A DNA stretch of 57,405 nt from a virus (Duplodnaviria; Caudoviricetes). Position numbers and translations under genes: made by a program. The notes beneath the pieces were generated by a model. That model searched no databases, was not told the origin of the DNA, and worked only from the letters and a program-made list of their open reading frames with translations. Shown in pieces: positions 35,078-45,391 of this stretch (positions within the stretch are counted from its first letter, which is position 1; every line of letters begins with the position of its first letter). Location: positions 1 to 57,405 of the IMG/VR virus record IMGVR_UViG_3300036834_000217. One strand, 5' to 3'.

Positions 35078-36049
35078 ATGCTCCTCCTCTGCACCGACCT
35101 GCACCTCGACGACAACCCGGCCAACGAGTACCGGTGGCGCGTGTTCGACGAGCTGGCTAGCGTCTGCGACGCTCGCCCCGTCTCCTGCGTGCATTGCCTG
35201 GGGGACATGACCGACAGGCGGGACCGGTTCCCGGCGAACCTGGTCAACCGCCTCGTGCGCAGCTGGGCCGACCTGCCGGTGCCGAAGGTGATCCTCGACG
35301 GTAACCACACGCGGCTGCTCGACGACTCCCTCCGGGCGTTCTGGGCGTTCCTATCCTACGTGCCGGACCTGGAGTACGTGACGCGCCCGACCGCCCGCGG
35401 CGACCTGATCCTGCTCCCGTTCTCGGCGAATCCGAGGGCGGAGTGGAGAGACCTGCGAATAGGTGACTACAGGGCCGCGTTCCTCCACGCGACGAGGAGC
35501 GGTGCGATAGCCGAGAACGGGCACGTCTTGCCGGGCCAGGACCTGCCGCCGATCCCGCGCAGCGTCAAGGTCTACAGCGGGGACATCCACACTCAGCAGA
35601 CGATCGACAACTGGACGTACGTCGGGGCGAGCCACCCGGTGAAGTACGGCGACGACTACCCCTGTAGGTTCCTCCTGCTCGACGAGGACTCCTACGACGT
35701 GGTCGAGGAGATCGGCATCGCGACGATGCGCAAGCGCGTCGTCGAGATGGCGTCCCTTGATGACTTGACGAGAGCCGAGGTCAGCCGCGGGGACCAGGTC
35801 CAGGTCCGGGTGTCGATCGCTCCCGGTGCCCTGGACTGGGGCGCGTTCGAGGCAGGGGTAGACCGGTGGGCGAGGGAGCGCGGCGTGGAGGTTACGTTCA
35901 GCGGCGGGTACGAAGTCCAGGCCCAGACCGGGGAGCCGGGTGTGGAGTTGGATCCGGGGGAGCTGCTCGCGGCGTTCGCCGCCGAGGAGGGCGTCGAGGG
36001 CGACTTGCTGGACGCGGGTCAGGTGCTGCTGAGGGAGGTTCGGGGATGA
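35078..36049 (+). CDS. Mre11/SbcD-like metallophosphoesterase nuclease
   Basis: 'DLH', 'LGD..D', 'GNH', 'SGDIH' calcineurin-like motifs; upstream of a Rad50-like gene. Confidence 0.85.
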   Translation: MLLLCTDLHLDDNPANEYRWRVFDELASVCDARPVSCVHCLGDMTDRRDRFPANLVNRLVRSWADLPVPKVILDGNHTRLLDDSLRAFWAFLSYVPDLEYVTRPTARGDLILLPFSANPRAEWRDLRIGDYRAAFLHATRSGAIAENGHVLPGQDLPPIPRSVKVYSGDIHTQQTIDNWTYVGASHPVKYGDDYPCRFLLLDEDSYDVVEEIGIATMRKRVVEMASLDDLTRAEVSRGDQVQVRVSIAPGALDWGAFEAGVDRWARERGVEVTFSGGYEVQAQTGEPGVELDPGELLAAFAAEEGVEGDLLDAGQVLLREVRG

Positions 36050-36245
36050 GAGACTACGTGTGCCGTTGGGAGGACTCCATTAAGAATGAGATGCCCGTGT
36101 CCGAGGTGCCGACTCCGATCATCGTCTTAATGATAGATCACGTGATGAGAGGCAGACCCGTGTACTTCAGAGATGGGGAGAACCTCGACGGGGTGCTGGA
36201 GCGGCTCAGGATTGAGCTATGCATACGCGCTTGGGGGATGAGTGA

Positions 36246-36461
36246 ATGATTAGGCGGTTGCTCGGGGAAATCCGTATACTTTTCGATATCTATGAGCGGT
36301 GTAGGCAGGCCGACGAGAGGGCGCTGTGGCCGGTGTGCAAGGAGCAGGCGGTCGACCTGGTGGATGCCCAGCTCGCATTCGCCTCCCACATTATTCGAGA
36401 CCCCGCGTGGCTGCGATTGGGTGACGTCGAGATCGCTAGGCGGATCGGTCTATTGTCGTGA
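36246..36461 (+). CDS. Hypothetical protein
   Basis: 71-aa ORF in operon. Confidence 0.45.
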   Translation: MIRRLLGEIRILFDIYERCRQADERALWPVCKEQAVDLVDAQLAFASHIIRDPAWLRLGDVEIARRIGLLS

Positions 36462-36479
36462 TGAAGAGATAGTTATTCG

Positions 36480-38324
36480 ATGAGGAGCATATCCCTCCAG
36501 TACGTCGACCTGACGAACTTCAAGTCGTTTCTCTCCGGCCGCGTGGACCTGGACCGCGGGCCCGGACTGCGCATGATCTTTGGCACCAACCGGCGCGGGC
36601 CCCGCCTCGGGGCCAACGGAGCCGGCAAGTCGACGTTCATCTCCGACGCCCCGTGCTTCTGCCTGTCGGGTCGGTCGGCGGGGCGCCGAGCGCACCCGGG
36701 TGGCAAGCGGGCGTCCGAGTTGATTACCGACCTCCAGAAGAAGATGGAGGTCTCGACGGCGTGGTTGATTGACGGCGAGCCCCACATGGTGACGAGGTCG
36801 TTCCCGCCCGAGCGGATCTGGGTCGACGGCGCGCCGGCCGACCAGGCGACCGTCGACGAGCTGATGGGCCTGTCCCGAGACCGCCTGCTGGCGTCCGTGA
36901 TCTTCGGTCAGGACCGGCCACTGTTCATCGACCTGGAGGTTCCTAAGCGCGGCGACCTCCTCGACGAGGTGCTGGTATCCAGCTTCTGGATGCGCGCCGC
37001 CAACCTGGCGTCGTCCCGCGGGACCGCGGCTGGCGTCGAGTTGCAAAGGATCCAGCGTGAGGTGTCTAGGCTCGACGGTGCCCTGGCCGAGCTGCCCGAG
37101 GAGGATGCCCTCGTCCTGGCCATCGCGGACTTCGAGGCGGAGCGTGGTACCAAGCTCCTCGCCCTGCGTCGAGAGCGCAGCTCGCTCGACGCGGCCTACA
37201 GGGAGCTGCGTAGGGAGCTGAGTAATGCTCAGGTGGACGTAGATCGGGAGAGAGAACTCAACGCCCTCCGCGGCGATCTGCGCGCCCTGCACGCGACGCT
37301 GCTGAGCGAGGAGGCAGTGCTCAGGTCAGAGGTAGATCGCCTGGATGCGGATATCGAGTTCTTCGAGAACACGGGACAGTGCCCGACGTGCGAGCAGGAC
37401 ATACCCGAGCACTTCGCGGAGGAGCACCTGAGGGACTTCGGGAGGGAGCGGGATACCAAGGTCCACCTGTGGAGCGAGACGCAGGGGAAGCGGAGGGACC
37501 TAGATCAGCAGCTCGCCGCAGCCGCCGCGGAGCTGCGAGCCCTATCTGACAAGACCGGCGGCCGGCACCGGATCGCCTTGGCCGCGACGTCCAAGAGGGG
37601 CGAGGTTCGTAGCGTCGACAACCGGATCCAGATGGTCGAGGCCCAGGAGAACCCCCACGAGGTGATGCTCCGCACCGCAGCCGCCCGCCGCGCGGAGCTG
37701 AATCAGCAGCTGGCGGCGAAGCACGAGGAGGAGTCAGCGCTCTCCAGGTCGATCGACCAGATGGACTTCTGGAGGGCCGGGTTCCGCCGCGTCCGAGTGT
37801 TCTGCCTCAAGCGCATCCTCGGCGAATTGGAGGCGTCGACCATGCTGGAGGTTCGGAGCCTGGGCCTGGTGGGGTGGTCCGTTAAGTACGTCGGGGAGAC
37901 GGAGACCAAGTCGGAGACCGTGAGGCTCGGCGTCCAGGCTGTGGTCCAGTCCCCCGAGGCCCGGAGAGACTTCGACGCCTGGAGCCCAGGCGAGGGACAG
38001 CGCGTGCGCGTGGCGTCGGCGCTCGGCCTGTCGTCCCTCGTCCAGCGGTACTCCGGCGTGCTCTACGACTTCGAGGTGTGGGACGAGCCCAGCGCGTGGC
38101 TCTCCGCCGAGGGTATTGACGACCTATTCGAGTCCCTCCGCGAGCGCGCCCACTCCCGCGGCAAGGCGATCTGGGTGGTCGACCCGCGCGCCGGCCTCGG
38201 CCACGGCGGGTTCGACGACGTGTGGAACGTCGTCAAGGACGATGGTGGATCCCGGGTCGAGGTCGCGGGGGAGCCTCGCGTAGCCTCCTCCAATGCAGAT
38301 ATGCCTATCAGGAGGAGGGCGTGA
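36480..38324 (+). CDS. Rad50/SbcC-like ATPase
   Basis: 'NFKSF', GANGAGKST, coiled coils with CPTC zinc hook, signature 'SPGE', Walker B 'VWDEP'. Confidence 0.9.
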   Translation: MRSISLQYVDLTNFKSFLSGRVDLDRGPGLRMIFGTNRRGPRLGANGAGKSTFISDAPCFCLSGRSAGRRAHPGGKRASELITDLQKKMEVSTAWLIDGEPHMVTRSFPPERIWVDGAPADQATVDELMGLSRDRLLASVIFGQDRPLFIDLEVPKRGDLLDEVLVSSFWMRAANLASSRGTAAGVELQRIQREVSRLDGALAELPEEDALVLAIADFEAERGTKLLALRRERSSLDAAYRELRRELSNAQVDVDRERELNALRGDLRALHATLLSEEAVLRSEVDRLDADIEFFENTGQCPTCEQDIPEHFAEEHLRDFGRERDTKVHLWSETQGKRRDLDQQLAAAAAELRALSDKTGGRHRIALAATSKRGEVRSVDNRIQMVEAQENPHEVMLRTAAARRAELNQQLAAKHEEESALSRSIDQMDFWRAGFRRVRVFCLKRILGELEASTMLEVRSLGLVGWSVKYVGETETKSETVRLGVQAVVQSPEARRDFDAWSPGEGQRVRVASALGLSSLVQRYSGVLYDFEVWDEPSAWLSAEGIDDLFESLRERAHSRGKAIWVVDPRAGLGHGGFDDVWNVVKDDGGSRVEVAGEPRVASSNADMPIRRRA

Positions 38325-38848
38325 TGTTGAGTGAGTGTCCAGACGACCACTCCGAGGTAGAGAGGTGCAACGGTCGGCGGCGCAGCCGCGGGCCGCGGGT
38401 GCCGGACCAAATGCTGGAGCTGCTTCGCTCCCGCGCCGGGATGCCAGTGGACTTTCGGCGGTGCGCCGCCGAGGTGGGCATACTCGATCCGCAGTCGGAG
38501 GTGATCAAGGTCCACGTGTGCCACGCGCGCGCCCTCCTGAGACCCAACGAGAGGATCGTATCTTCCTATGGAAGACGCCGCGGGCACAGCGGCACCTACA
38601 CCTTGCTGGAGGGACTTGACGTGACCTACACCTACGTCGTGAGTGGTACCGCCGCCGCCGGGCAGACCTGGGAGACCACCGGCACGGTGGAGTCGAACCC
38701 CGGGAACTTCCGGGTGCTCTCCGACGTCGTCATGTCGGGTGCCTTCGCCCAGCTGACCGAAGGCAGGGCCGTGTTCGGGTTTCCCGGAATCGGCTGCCGC
38801 GGGCCGTACTCCATCACCAAGCTGGTGATCGAGAGGGCCGAGTCGTGA
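38324..38848 (+). CDS. Hypothetical protein with a possible OmpR-like winged helix in the N-terminal half
   Basis: 'VIKVHVCHAR..L...I.S.YG...Y'. Confidence 0.45.
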   Translation: MLSECPDDHSEVERCNGRRRSRGPRVPDQMLELLRSRAGMPVDFRRCAAEVGILDPQSEVIKVHVCHARALLRPNERIVSSYGRRRGHSGTYTLLEGLDVTYTYVVSGTAAAGQTWETTGTVESNPGNFRVLSDVVMSGAFAQLTEGRAVFGFPGIGCRGPYSITKLVIERAES

Positions 38849-39876
38849 GTTACCGCACGTCCGCCGAGGTCGTCCTGGATAGTGTCACATCCTACGCGGA
38901 GCACCAGCACTTCGTTGGTGCGAATGACGCCGCGCCGACCCGTCTCACGTCGATGTACGTCGTCTTTCCCAAGATGATCCTCGGCGAGCGCAATCGCCAC
39001 CGCGGCTTCAGCTTGTCCGACCGCTCGTCCCGCGCCGTGCCACCAGAGAAGTTGATCGCCGAGGTCCGCGAGGACCCGGCAATGCCGGTGAAGTTCCGCC
39101 GTCGCGCCAAGGGGATGGGTGGCGGCGAGGAGATGGTCGGAGACGAGCTGGCCGAGGCGCAGGAACGCTGGAAGGCGCAGGCGTACAGGGCGGCCCATGC
39201 CGCCTCGTGGGCCGCCGCGGCGGGCGAGGCCAAGGAGACGGTGAACCGGCGTCTGGACCCATACATTCGCATGCACTCGCTGATGACGGCGACGCGCTAC
39301 GTGTGGCTGAACTTCTTCGGCCTGCGCCTCGACGAGGGAGCAGACCCGACGATCCAGGTCCTGGCCCAGCGCTGCTTCGAGGCATATAAGGATTCGGTGC
39401 CGAAGCTGCTGGAGCCGGGCGAGTGGCACTTGCCCTTCGTTGATTATGCGGACCGTCAGCACGTGACGGAACGCGCCTTGAATGAGTCCTTACCCATTCC
39501 TGGAGACGTGACTTCTGTGCATAGAGCAGAGGGAGTGCTGGAGGTCGCGCTGAAGGTTATGAAGCGACTGTCCGCCGCCCGCTGCGCCCACCTGTCCTAC
39601 AACGATCTGGAGACCGGCAGGCGGATGACGGTCGATCGCGCGCTGGCGATCTACGACAGGCTGGTCAACTCGCGCCCGCTCCACGCCAGCCCGTGCGAGC
39701 ACCAGGCCACGCCGGACGTTTGGTCTGATACTTATATACTTGATAGTGGTGGCGATATCGACCTGGGGCACTGGGAGTATCCCGAGCAGCATGGTAACCT
39801 CTACGGCTGGCGCCAGGCCCGCAAGATGCTGCCGGGCGAGGCCGTCGCCCCGCTGCCGGAGGGATACGAACTGTGA
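38845..39876 (+). CDS. thyX: Flavin-dependent thymidylate synthase (Thy1/ThyX-like)
   Basis: 'E.NRHR.FS...SSRAVP', 'K...NR.L.P', 'NFF.LR', 'SAARCA..SY', 'HASP.EHQA'. Confidence 0.8.
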   Translation: MSYRTSAEVVLDSVTSYAEHQHFVGANDAAPTRLTSMYVVFPKMILGERNRHRGFSLSDRSSRAVPPEKLIAEVREDPAMPVKFRRRAKGMGGGEEMVGDELAEAQERWKAQAYRAAHAASWAAAAGEAKETVNRRLDPYIRMHSLMTATRYVWLNFFGLRLDEGADPTIQVLAQRCFEAYKDSVPKLLEPGEWHLPFVDYADRQHVTERALNESLPIPGDVTSVHRAEGVLEVALKVMKRLSAARCAHLSYNDLETGRRMTVDRALAIYDRLVNSRPLHASPCEHQATPDVWSDTYILDSGGDIDLGHWEYPEQHGNLYGWRQARKMLPGEAVAPLPEGYEL

Positions 39877-40130
39877 GGGACGAGGACGTCGGCTACACCA
39901 AGCACGCCCCGTACTACGCCGCGGGCGACGTCGACCCGATCGAGTATGGCCGGCAGCATGGTTTGAACTACATGGAGGTGGCGATCATCAAGTACGTCAC
40001 CAGGTGGCGCAAGCCGGGCGGGGGATGGTCGAGGAGCCTGGAGAAAATCGGATACTTCGCGGACCGCCTGCGGCGCGAGGCGGAGAGCGGCGCCCACGGC
40101 CCGGAGCCGGTCGCGGATGGTGAGGGCTGA
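39873..40130 (+). CDS. DUF3310 (SaV-like) protein
   Basis: 'H..YY..G..DPIEY......IIKYV.R...K'. Confidence 0.7.
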   Translation: MRDEDVGYTKHAPYYAAGDVDPIEYGRQHGLNYMEVAIIKYVTRWRKPGGGWSRSLEKIGYFADRLRREAESGAHGPEPVADGEG

Positions 40131-40200
40131 TCTTGCAATATCCCGCAAGTTTGCTTACGTCTTGGGGGAAAGCGTTATCCCTCACGATGGTGTGATTAGC

Positions 40201-40446
40201 ATGAAGATTCACTCTAGCTCGATCGGGTCGGTCCTTAGGAGGGCACGCCTCGGCCTGCGCATGGGGCAGGGTGACCTGGCCGACCTGCTTGGTGTCACCG
40301 CCCCGTGCTTGAACCGCGTCGAGCACGGGTCGCGGTCGTTCGACACGGAGTGGGTGGCGCTCCTCCCCTCGCCGATCGCCGAGGCCGTCAAGGACGCCCT
40401 GGCCAGGGAGGTCGAGGCACTCGGGGACGGCGTCGATGCGGCCTGA
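40201..40446 (+). CDS. XRE-family HTH protein
   Basis: 'LRRARL.L.M.Q.DLA..LGVT...L.RVE.G.R'. Confidence 0.7.
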   Translation: MKIHSSSIGSVLRRARLGLRMGQGDLADLLGVTAPCLNRVEHGSRSFDTEWVALLPSPIAEAVKDALAREVEALGDGVDAA

Positions 40447-40900
40447 CCGGCCGATGATCGTTGGGATGAATAACCCGCTGTCTATGGACCCGCGGTACGC
40501 CCTATACCCACTGCCCGTGGGATGCGCAGGCCATCGCCTGTTCGAGATGCTGTGCGAGGTGCTGCCGGGGGTCAGGATGCACGACTACGTCCACCGCTTC
40601 GAGCGAATCAACTTGGTCTCCGGTCCGTGGGACGCGGGCGCTGCCCGGACCCGCGCCGAGGAGCTCAGGCCATCCCTGGCCGGACGCCGCGTCGTGCTCC
40701 TCGGTCGCGAGGTCGCGCGGGCGTTTGGAATCCAGTCCTCCGTATTCTCTGAGGAATGTGATGTAGATGCTCTCGATGGTCCCACGTTCTACCTGCTGCC
40801 TCATCCCAGCGGTCGCAACCTGCTCTACAACGACCCGGGCCGTCGCCTCGCCGCCGGTGAATTGCTGGCTCGGTTGTATGCGGAGGAGCCGGTTGGCTAG
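40436..40900 (+). CDS. Uracil-DNA-glycosylase-superfamily protein
   Basis: 'VVLLG..VA.AF' and 'LPHPSGRN..YN' motif B-like. Confidence 0.6.
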   Translation: MRPDRPMIVGMNNPLSMDPRYALYPLPVGCAGHRLFEMLCEVLPGVRMHDYVHRFERINLVSGPWDAGAARTRAEELRPSLAGRRVVLLGREVARAFGIQSSVFSEECDVDALDGPTFYLLPHPSGRNLLYNDPGRRLAAGELLARLYAEEPVG

Positions 40901-40994
40901 GAGGATCACATCGGTTTACGTTCACTGAGCCTCGCGAGCAATTTTGCTGGTTTAAGGACGAGCCTGGTGCCGAGAAATTGAGGGAGAAGATGCC

Positions 40995-43900
40995 ATGAAG
41001 TTCACTCGCGTGCTGACCTATGACAAGCCGAACGACGTGCGCGTCGAGGACTGGATCCGGTGGAGGATCGTCGACGCGGTGATTACCGCTCCCGATGGGA
41101 GGGTGATCTTCGAGCAGCGCGGCGTCGAGGTGCCGGAGCAGTGGTCTCAAAACGCCGCAAACATCCTGGCTCAGAAGTACTTCCGCAAGGCCGGAGTACC
41201 GAGTGCGGTCTCTTACCATTTAGGTGTCCCCGACATGCCTGAGTGGCTGCGTCCGCGAGTTCCCGTGAATAGCGCGACGTTCGGCGGCGAAACCTCTGCA
41301 AAGCATGTCTTTCACCGCATGGCCGGGTGCTGGACCTACTGGGGATGGCGCGAGGGTCTGCTCACGTCCGAGGATGATGCCCGCGTCTTCTACGACGAGG
41401 TGTTTGCCTCCCTGGCGCTCCAGTACGCCGCCCCTAACTCGCCCCAGTGGTTCAACACGGGGATCCACTGGGCCTATGGCATCGAGGGACCGGACTCCGG
41501 CCAGTGGTACGCCGGTGACGTGAGTCCATATTTCGAGGGAACTCGGTTAAAGATGCCTCGGATCGAAGTCAAGCGCATCCACAATAGCTACGAGCGTCCC
41601 CAGCCCCACGCCTGCTTCATACAGACCGTCGAGGACGACCTGGTTAACCCGGGCGGCATGATGGATTTGTGGACGCGCGAGGCCCGCCTGTTCAAGCACG
41701 GGTCAGGCTCCGGTTCGAACATGAGTAAGATCCGGGGCCGGGGCGAGAAGCTGTCCGGGGGCGGAGTCAGCAGTGGATTGATGTCGTTCCTCCGCGTCGG
41801 CGACCGCTCGGCCGGGTCGATCAAGAGTGGTGGGACGACGCGTCGCGCGGCCCTCATGCGCGTCCTGGACATGGACCATCCCGAGATCGAGGACTTCATC
41901 GACTGGAAGGCTACCGAGGAGTACAAGGCCGCGTGCATCGCGGTCGGGAGCCGCGTGATCCACGATCGACTGACGAGCGTGGCGCGGCACAGGGGCGACG
42001 ACCGGCGCGTCCCACGATTCGACCGCGAGGCCGACGCGCTCGGCTCCTGGGTACCGCAGTCCCTGGTGGACCGCGCGAAGGCGGGGGAATCTGACTGGCC
42101 CGTGCACGAGGCCGACTCGTTCGAGGGCGATGCCATCGAGACGGTCTCGGGACAGAACTCAAATAACTCGGTGCGCGTCTCCAACGATTTCTTGCACCAG
42201 GTCGATAATCCTGACCGCTTGCACTCGCTCACGGCTCGTACGACTGGTGAGGTCGTTCGCTACGTTCCCGTGCGAGGACTATGGACCCGGCTGTGCCGCG
42301 CGGCGTGGGCCAGCGGGGACCCAGGCGTCCAGTTCTCCGATACGATCAACGACTGGCACACGTGCCGCGCCGACGGCCCGATCAACGCCAGTAATCCATG
42401 CTGCTTCGTCGGCGAGACCTTCGTCGACACGAGCGAGGGCTTTATTTCTATCGAGGAACTGGCCCGCATGTCTGCTGTCGGGGAGGATCTGCCTTGGGCA
42501 TTCTGCTTCGATCAAGAGGACGCCCTTCCGGACCTGCGTCCTATCGCGCGTGCCTGGTGCTCGGGATATGCGCACAAGTTGACCGAAGTGACGACGCGGA
42601 ATGGCCAGGTCTTGTACTGTACGCCGGAGCACGGGTGGCTTACGCGTCGTGCCGAAGGCTACGTCGCGGCGAGGGATCTCCGCGTCGGTACGAGCCTTCA
42701 GAAGATTAATCGTGAGATCAATACGAAGCGGTCTGATCGCGTGGTGCTTACGCATCGAAGTGTGGGAGAGTCCAGTTACGGGAGATCTTCCCAGCATAAG
42801 TTCGTCTGGGAGAAGATGCGTGGTGCGGTGCCTAGCGACTACGATGTTCATCACCTAAACGAAGATCCGACCGACGATCGGTTTTCGAACCTGGGGATTA
42901 AGGAGTTCAGCCTCCATCAGTCGGAGCATAGTCGTGGTGATAGGAATCCGCGGTTTCTGGATGTAGATGATGAGACTCTAGTGGAGGTCTACGACGCTGC
43001 GGGGAGGGATCCTCTCTCGACTCGTCGTAGGGGGAAAGGAATCGTTACCGTAGGTGTGTGGAATAAGTACGTTAGGAAGATGGGGTTGTTCGGCGTTGTT
43101 CCCTTGGGGAATCTCCGCGACGGAGGTCGCATCCGGGGAATGTCGTGGGATAGCTTCGTCGAGCGTATGGAGGCCGCTCGCGCTCGGGTGAACGACTCGG
43201 TACTGTCGGTTAAGTCCATCGAGTTGGATGATCCAGTTCCGGTCTACGACATCGAGGTCGAGGGATGCCACAATTTTGGCGTTCGCTCCGATGCGACCCG
43301 AAACGGCGATTCTATAATCGTTCATAACTCTGAGTACCTCTTCCTCGACGATACCGCGTGCAATCTTGCATCGATCCGCCTGACGAAGTTTCTGCCGCTC
43401 GACGACGCCGCCATGAGTAAGTTCGATCACGTCGTCCGCCTGTGGACCGTCGTATTGGAGATCTCGGTCTACATGGCGTCGTTCCCGAGCGAGGCCATCG
43501 CCCGCAACTCCTACCTGTATAGGACGCTCGGCCTGGGCTATACCGACCTCGGCGGCCTGCTGATGCGGCAGGCCATTCCCTACGCCTCGGACGAGGGACG
43601 CGCGATCGCCGCCGGCCTGACCGCGCTGATGACTGGCGTCGCCTACCGGACCAGTGCGGAGATGGCCGCCGAAGTGGGGTCGTTCCTGCGGTGGGAAGCG
43701 AACGCCGAGAATATGCGTAGGGTACTGCGCAACCACAGGACCGCGCTATTTACCGAAAAGCTGTTCTACGCTCCTATGAGGATCGATCCATATCGAAAGC
43801 CGGCGCTCCAGATGGAGAGTGGCTTGAGGGATCGGTGTCTGGCGGTCTGGGATCTCGTGGTAGCAGCGCCAGCCTTTCGCAACGCCCAAGTAACATTGCT

Positions 43901-45038
43901 CGCCCCGACCGGTACCATCTCGTTCGTCATGGACTGCGATACGACTGGGATAGAGCCCGACTTCGCCCTGGTCAAGCACAAGAGCCTGGCCGGCGGCGGA
44001 TCCATGCGGATCGTCAACCAGGCAGTTGAGGAAGGTCTCCGACGTAAAGGTCGAAGCGAGAGCTGGATCAGCGAGGCACTGGCCGAGATAGAGTGGACGG
44101 ATAAGCTGAAATTTACTGACTCTGTCGAATTCGCTTGTGCCAATGATATCGCGTGGGAAGATCACGTCAAGATGGTCGCCGTCGTCCAGCCGTTCCTGTC
44201 TGGAGGCGTGAGTAAGACGATCAACATGCCACGCGACGCTACGGTAGACGACGTCGATCGTGCATACCGCCTGGCCCACCAGCTCGGGGTCAAGACCATC
44301 TCGATATACCGAGACGGTAGTAAATTGTCGCAACCTCTCTCATCGAGACGAGACGAGAGTACCGAGCAAGCTGAGCGAGTCGCCCCACGGGAGAGTATCG
44401 AGTATCTAGAGCGCTTACCTCGCGGCGCCCGCGAGTATCTTCCTTGGCGTCGCGAGGCAGGCTGGACCCAGAAAATTAAGATCGGCCAGGACCGTCAGAG
44501 CGTCTTCCTCCGCGTGTCCGAGTACCCCGACGGACGCCCCGGCGAGGTGTTCCTGGAGATCGCGGGCGAGGGCAGTACCCTCCGCGCCCTGGCCAACTGC
44601 CTCGCCATCTCGATCTCGGTGGGGCTCCAGCGCGGCGTTCCGGTCGCCGAGTACGTGGACCAGCTCGTCGGGCTCAAGTTCGAGCCGGCCGGCTACGTCG
44701 AGGGCCACTCCCGCATCAGGTTCGCCAGTTCGATCGCCGACTACATAGGACGGGAGCTGGGGATCTCATACGCCGGCCGCGACGACCTGGCGAACGCGCC
44801 CGCCCCGATCGCGGAGGCCGTCGAGCGTATCGCGGAGCACTCCGAGCGACTGGACGAGGAGTGGAGACTGTCCGTCAAGGACAATGAGCAGCTCGTGGCG
44901 CACGGTAATCAGACGACGACGATGTCGAAGTATTTTGAACAGACCGGCGACATGTGCCCCGGCTGCGGCGCCCTCCTCCGCCGGGCCGGCACCTGCCGCT
45001 CGTGCCCGAACTGCTCCTGGAGCGAGGGGTGCGGGTGA
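40995..45038 (+). CDS. nrdJ: Class II (B12-dependent) ribonucleotide reductase with an intein and a C-terminal TSCPD/Zn-ribbon domain
   Basis: 'PNSPQWFN', 'PQPHACFI', 'GGTTRRAA', 'NPC|SEY', 'CNLAS', 'LGLGY', 'APTGTI', 'SKTINMP', 'YRDGSK'. Confidence 0.95.
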   Translation: MKFTRVLTYDKPNDVRVEDWIRWRIVDAVITAPDGRVIFEQRGVEVPEQWSQNAANILAQKYFRKAGVPSAVSYHLGVPDMPEWLRPRVPVNSATFGGETSAKHVFHRMAGCWTYWGWREGLLTSEDDARVFYDEVFASLALQYAAPNSPQWFNTGIHWAYGIEGPDSGQWYAGDVSPYFEGTRLKMPRIEVKRIHNSYERPQPHACFIQTVEDDLVNPGGMMDLWTREARLFKHGSGSGSNMSKIRGRGEKLSGGGVSSGLMSFLRVGDRSAGSIKSGGTTRRAALMRVLDMDHPEIEDFIDWKATEEYKAACIAVGSRVIHDRLTSVARHRGDDRRVPRFDREADALGSWVPQSLVDRAKAGESDWPVHEADSFEGDAIETVSGQNSNNSVRVSNDFLHQVDNPDRLHSLTARTTGEVVRYVPVRGLWTRLCRAAWASGDPGVQFSDTINDWHTCRADGPINASNPCCFVGETFVDTSEGFISIEELARMSAVGEDLPWAFCFDQEDALPDLRPIARAWCSGYAHKLTEVTTRNGQVLYCTPEHGWLTRRAEGYVAARDLRVGTSLQKINREINTKRSDRVVLTHRSVGESSYGRSSQHKFVWEKMRGAVPSDYDVHHLNEDPTDDRFSNLGIKEFSLHQSEHSRGDRNPRFLDVDDETLVEVYDAAGRDPLSTRRRGKGIVTVGVWNKYVRKMGLFGVVPLGNLRDGGRIRGMSWDSFVERMEAARARVNDSVLSVKSIELDDPVPVYDIEVEGCHNFGVRSDATRNGDSIIVHNSEYLFLDDTACNLASIRLTKFLPLDDAAMSKFDHVVRLWTVVLEISVYMASFPSEAIARNSYLYRTLGLGYTDLGGLLMRQAIPYASDEGRAIAAGLTALMTGVAYRTSAEMAAEVGSFLRWEANAENMRRVLRNHRTALFTEKLFYAPMRIDPYRKPALQMESGLRDRCLAVWDLVVAAPAFRNAQVTLLAPTGTISFVMDCDTTGIEPDFALVKHKSLAGGGSMRIVNQAVEEGLRRKGRSESWISEALAEIEWTDKLKFTDSVEFACANDIAWEDHVKMVAVVQPFLSGGVSKTINMPRDATVDDVDRAYRLAHQLGVKTISIYRDGSKLSQPLSSRRDESTEQAERVAPRESIEYLERLPRGAREYLPWRREAGWTQKIKIGQDRQSVFLRVSEYPDGRPGEVFLEIAGEGSTLRALANCLAISISVGLQRGVPVAEYVDQLVGLKFEPAGYVEGHSRIRFASSIADYIGRELGISYAGRDDLANAPAPIAEAVERIAEHSERLDEEWRLSVKDNEQLVAHGNQTTTMSKYFEQTGDMCPGCGALLRRAGTCRSCPNCSWSEGCG
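42402..43328 (+). mobile_element. Intein (309 aa) with an HNH endonuclease
   Basis: Begins CFVGET, block B 'CTPEH', ends 'VYDIEVEGCHNF...IIVHN' before Ser; central 'VHHLNEDPTDDRFSNL...H..EH'. Confidence 0.92.
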
Positions 45039-45044
45039 TCGCCG

Positions 45045-45299
45045 ATGATCCACATTCGCATCGACGACGAGGAGCTGAATAGTAAGCGGCGGTTCGCCTG
45101 CGGCCTAGGACCGGAATTGCCCGAGGGCGACCAATATTATTTCGCCGGCGAGAGAGCTGCTCACCGCGCCGATTGTCCCGGCTGCAATCCAGCCGGGGCG
45201 CGTCGGATCGGGACGCCTATCTCTCAGCTTTCGGGCAGGATCGGCGATCCGGGCTACGCGAAGTTCGCCCGCATCGCGCGATCGTGGGGATATGAATAA
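45045..45299 (+). CDS. Hypothetical protein
   Basis: 84 aa with CG...CPGC. Confidence 0.55.
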   Translation: MIHIRIDDEELNSKRRFACGLGPELPEGDQYYFAGERAAHRADCPGCNPAGARRIGTPISQLSGRIGDPGYAKFARIARSWGYE

Positions 45300-45391
45300 G
45301 GGCATGCGCTACGGGACTAGCTCCGGCGGCCCTCACCGCTACCAGCGGCCCCCGCAGCAGGGCTGCGCTCGTGTCTAGGCGGGTAGGTCGC

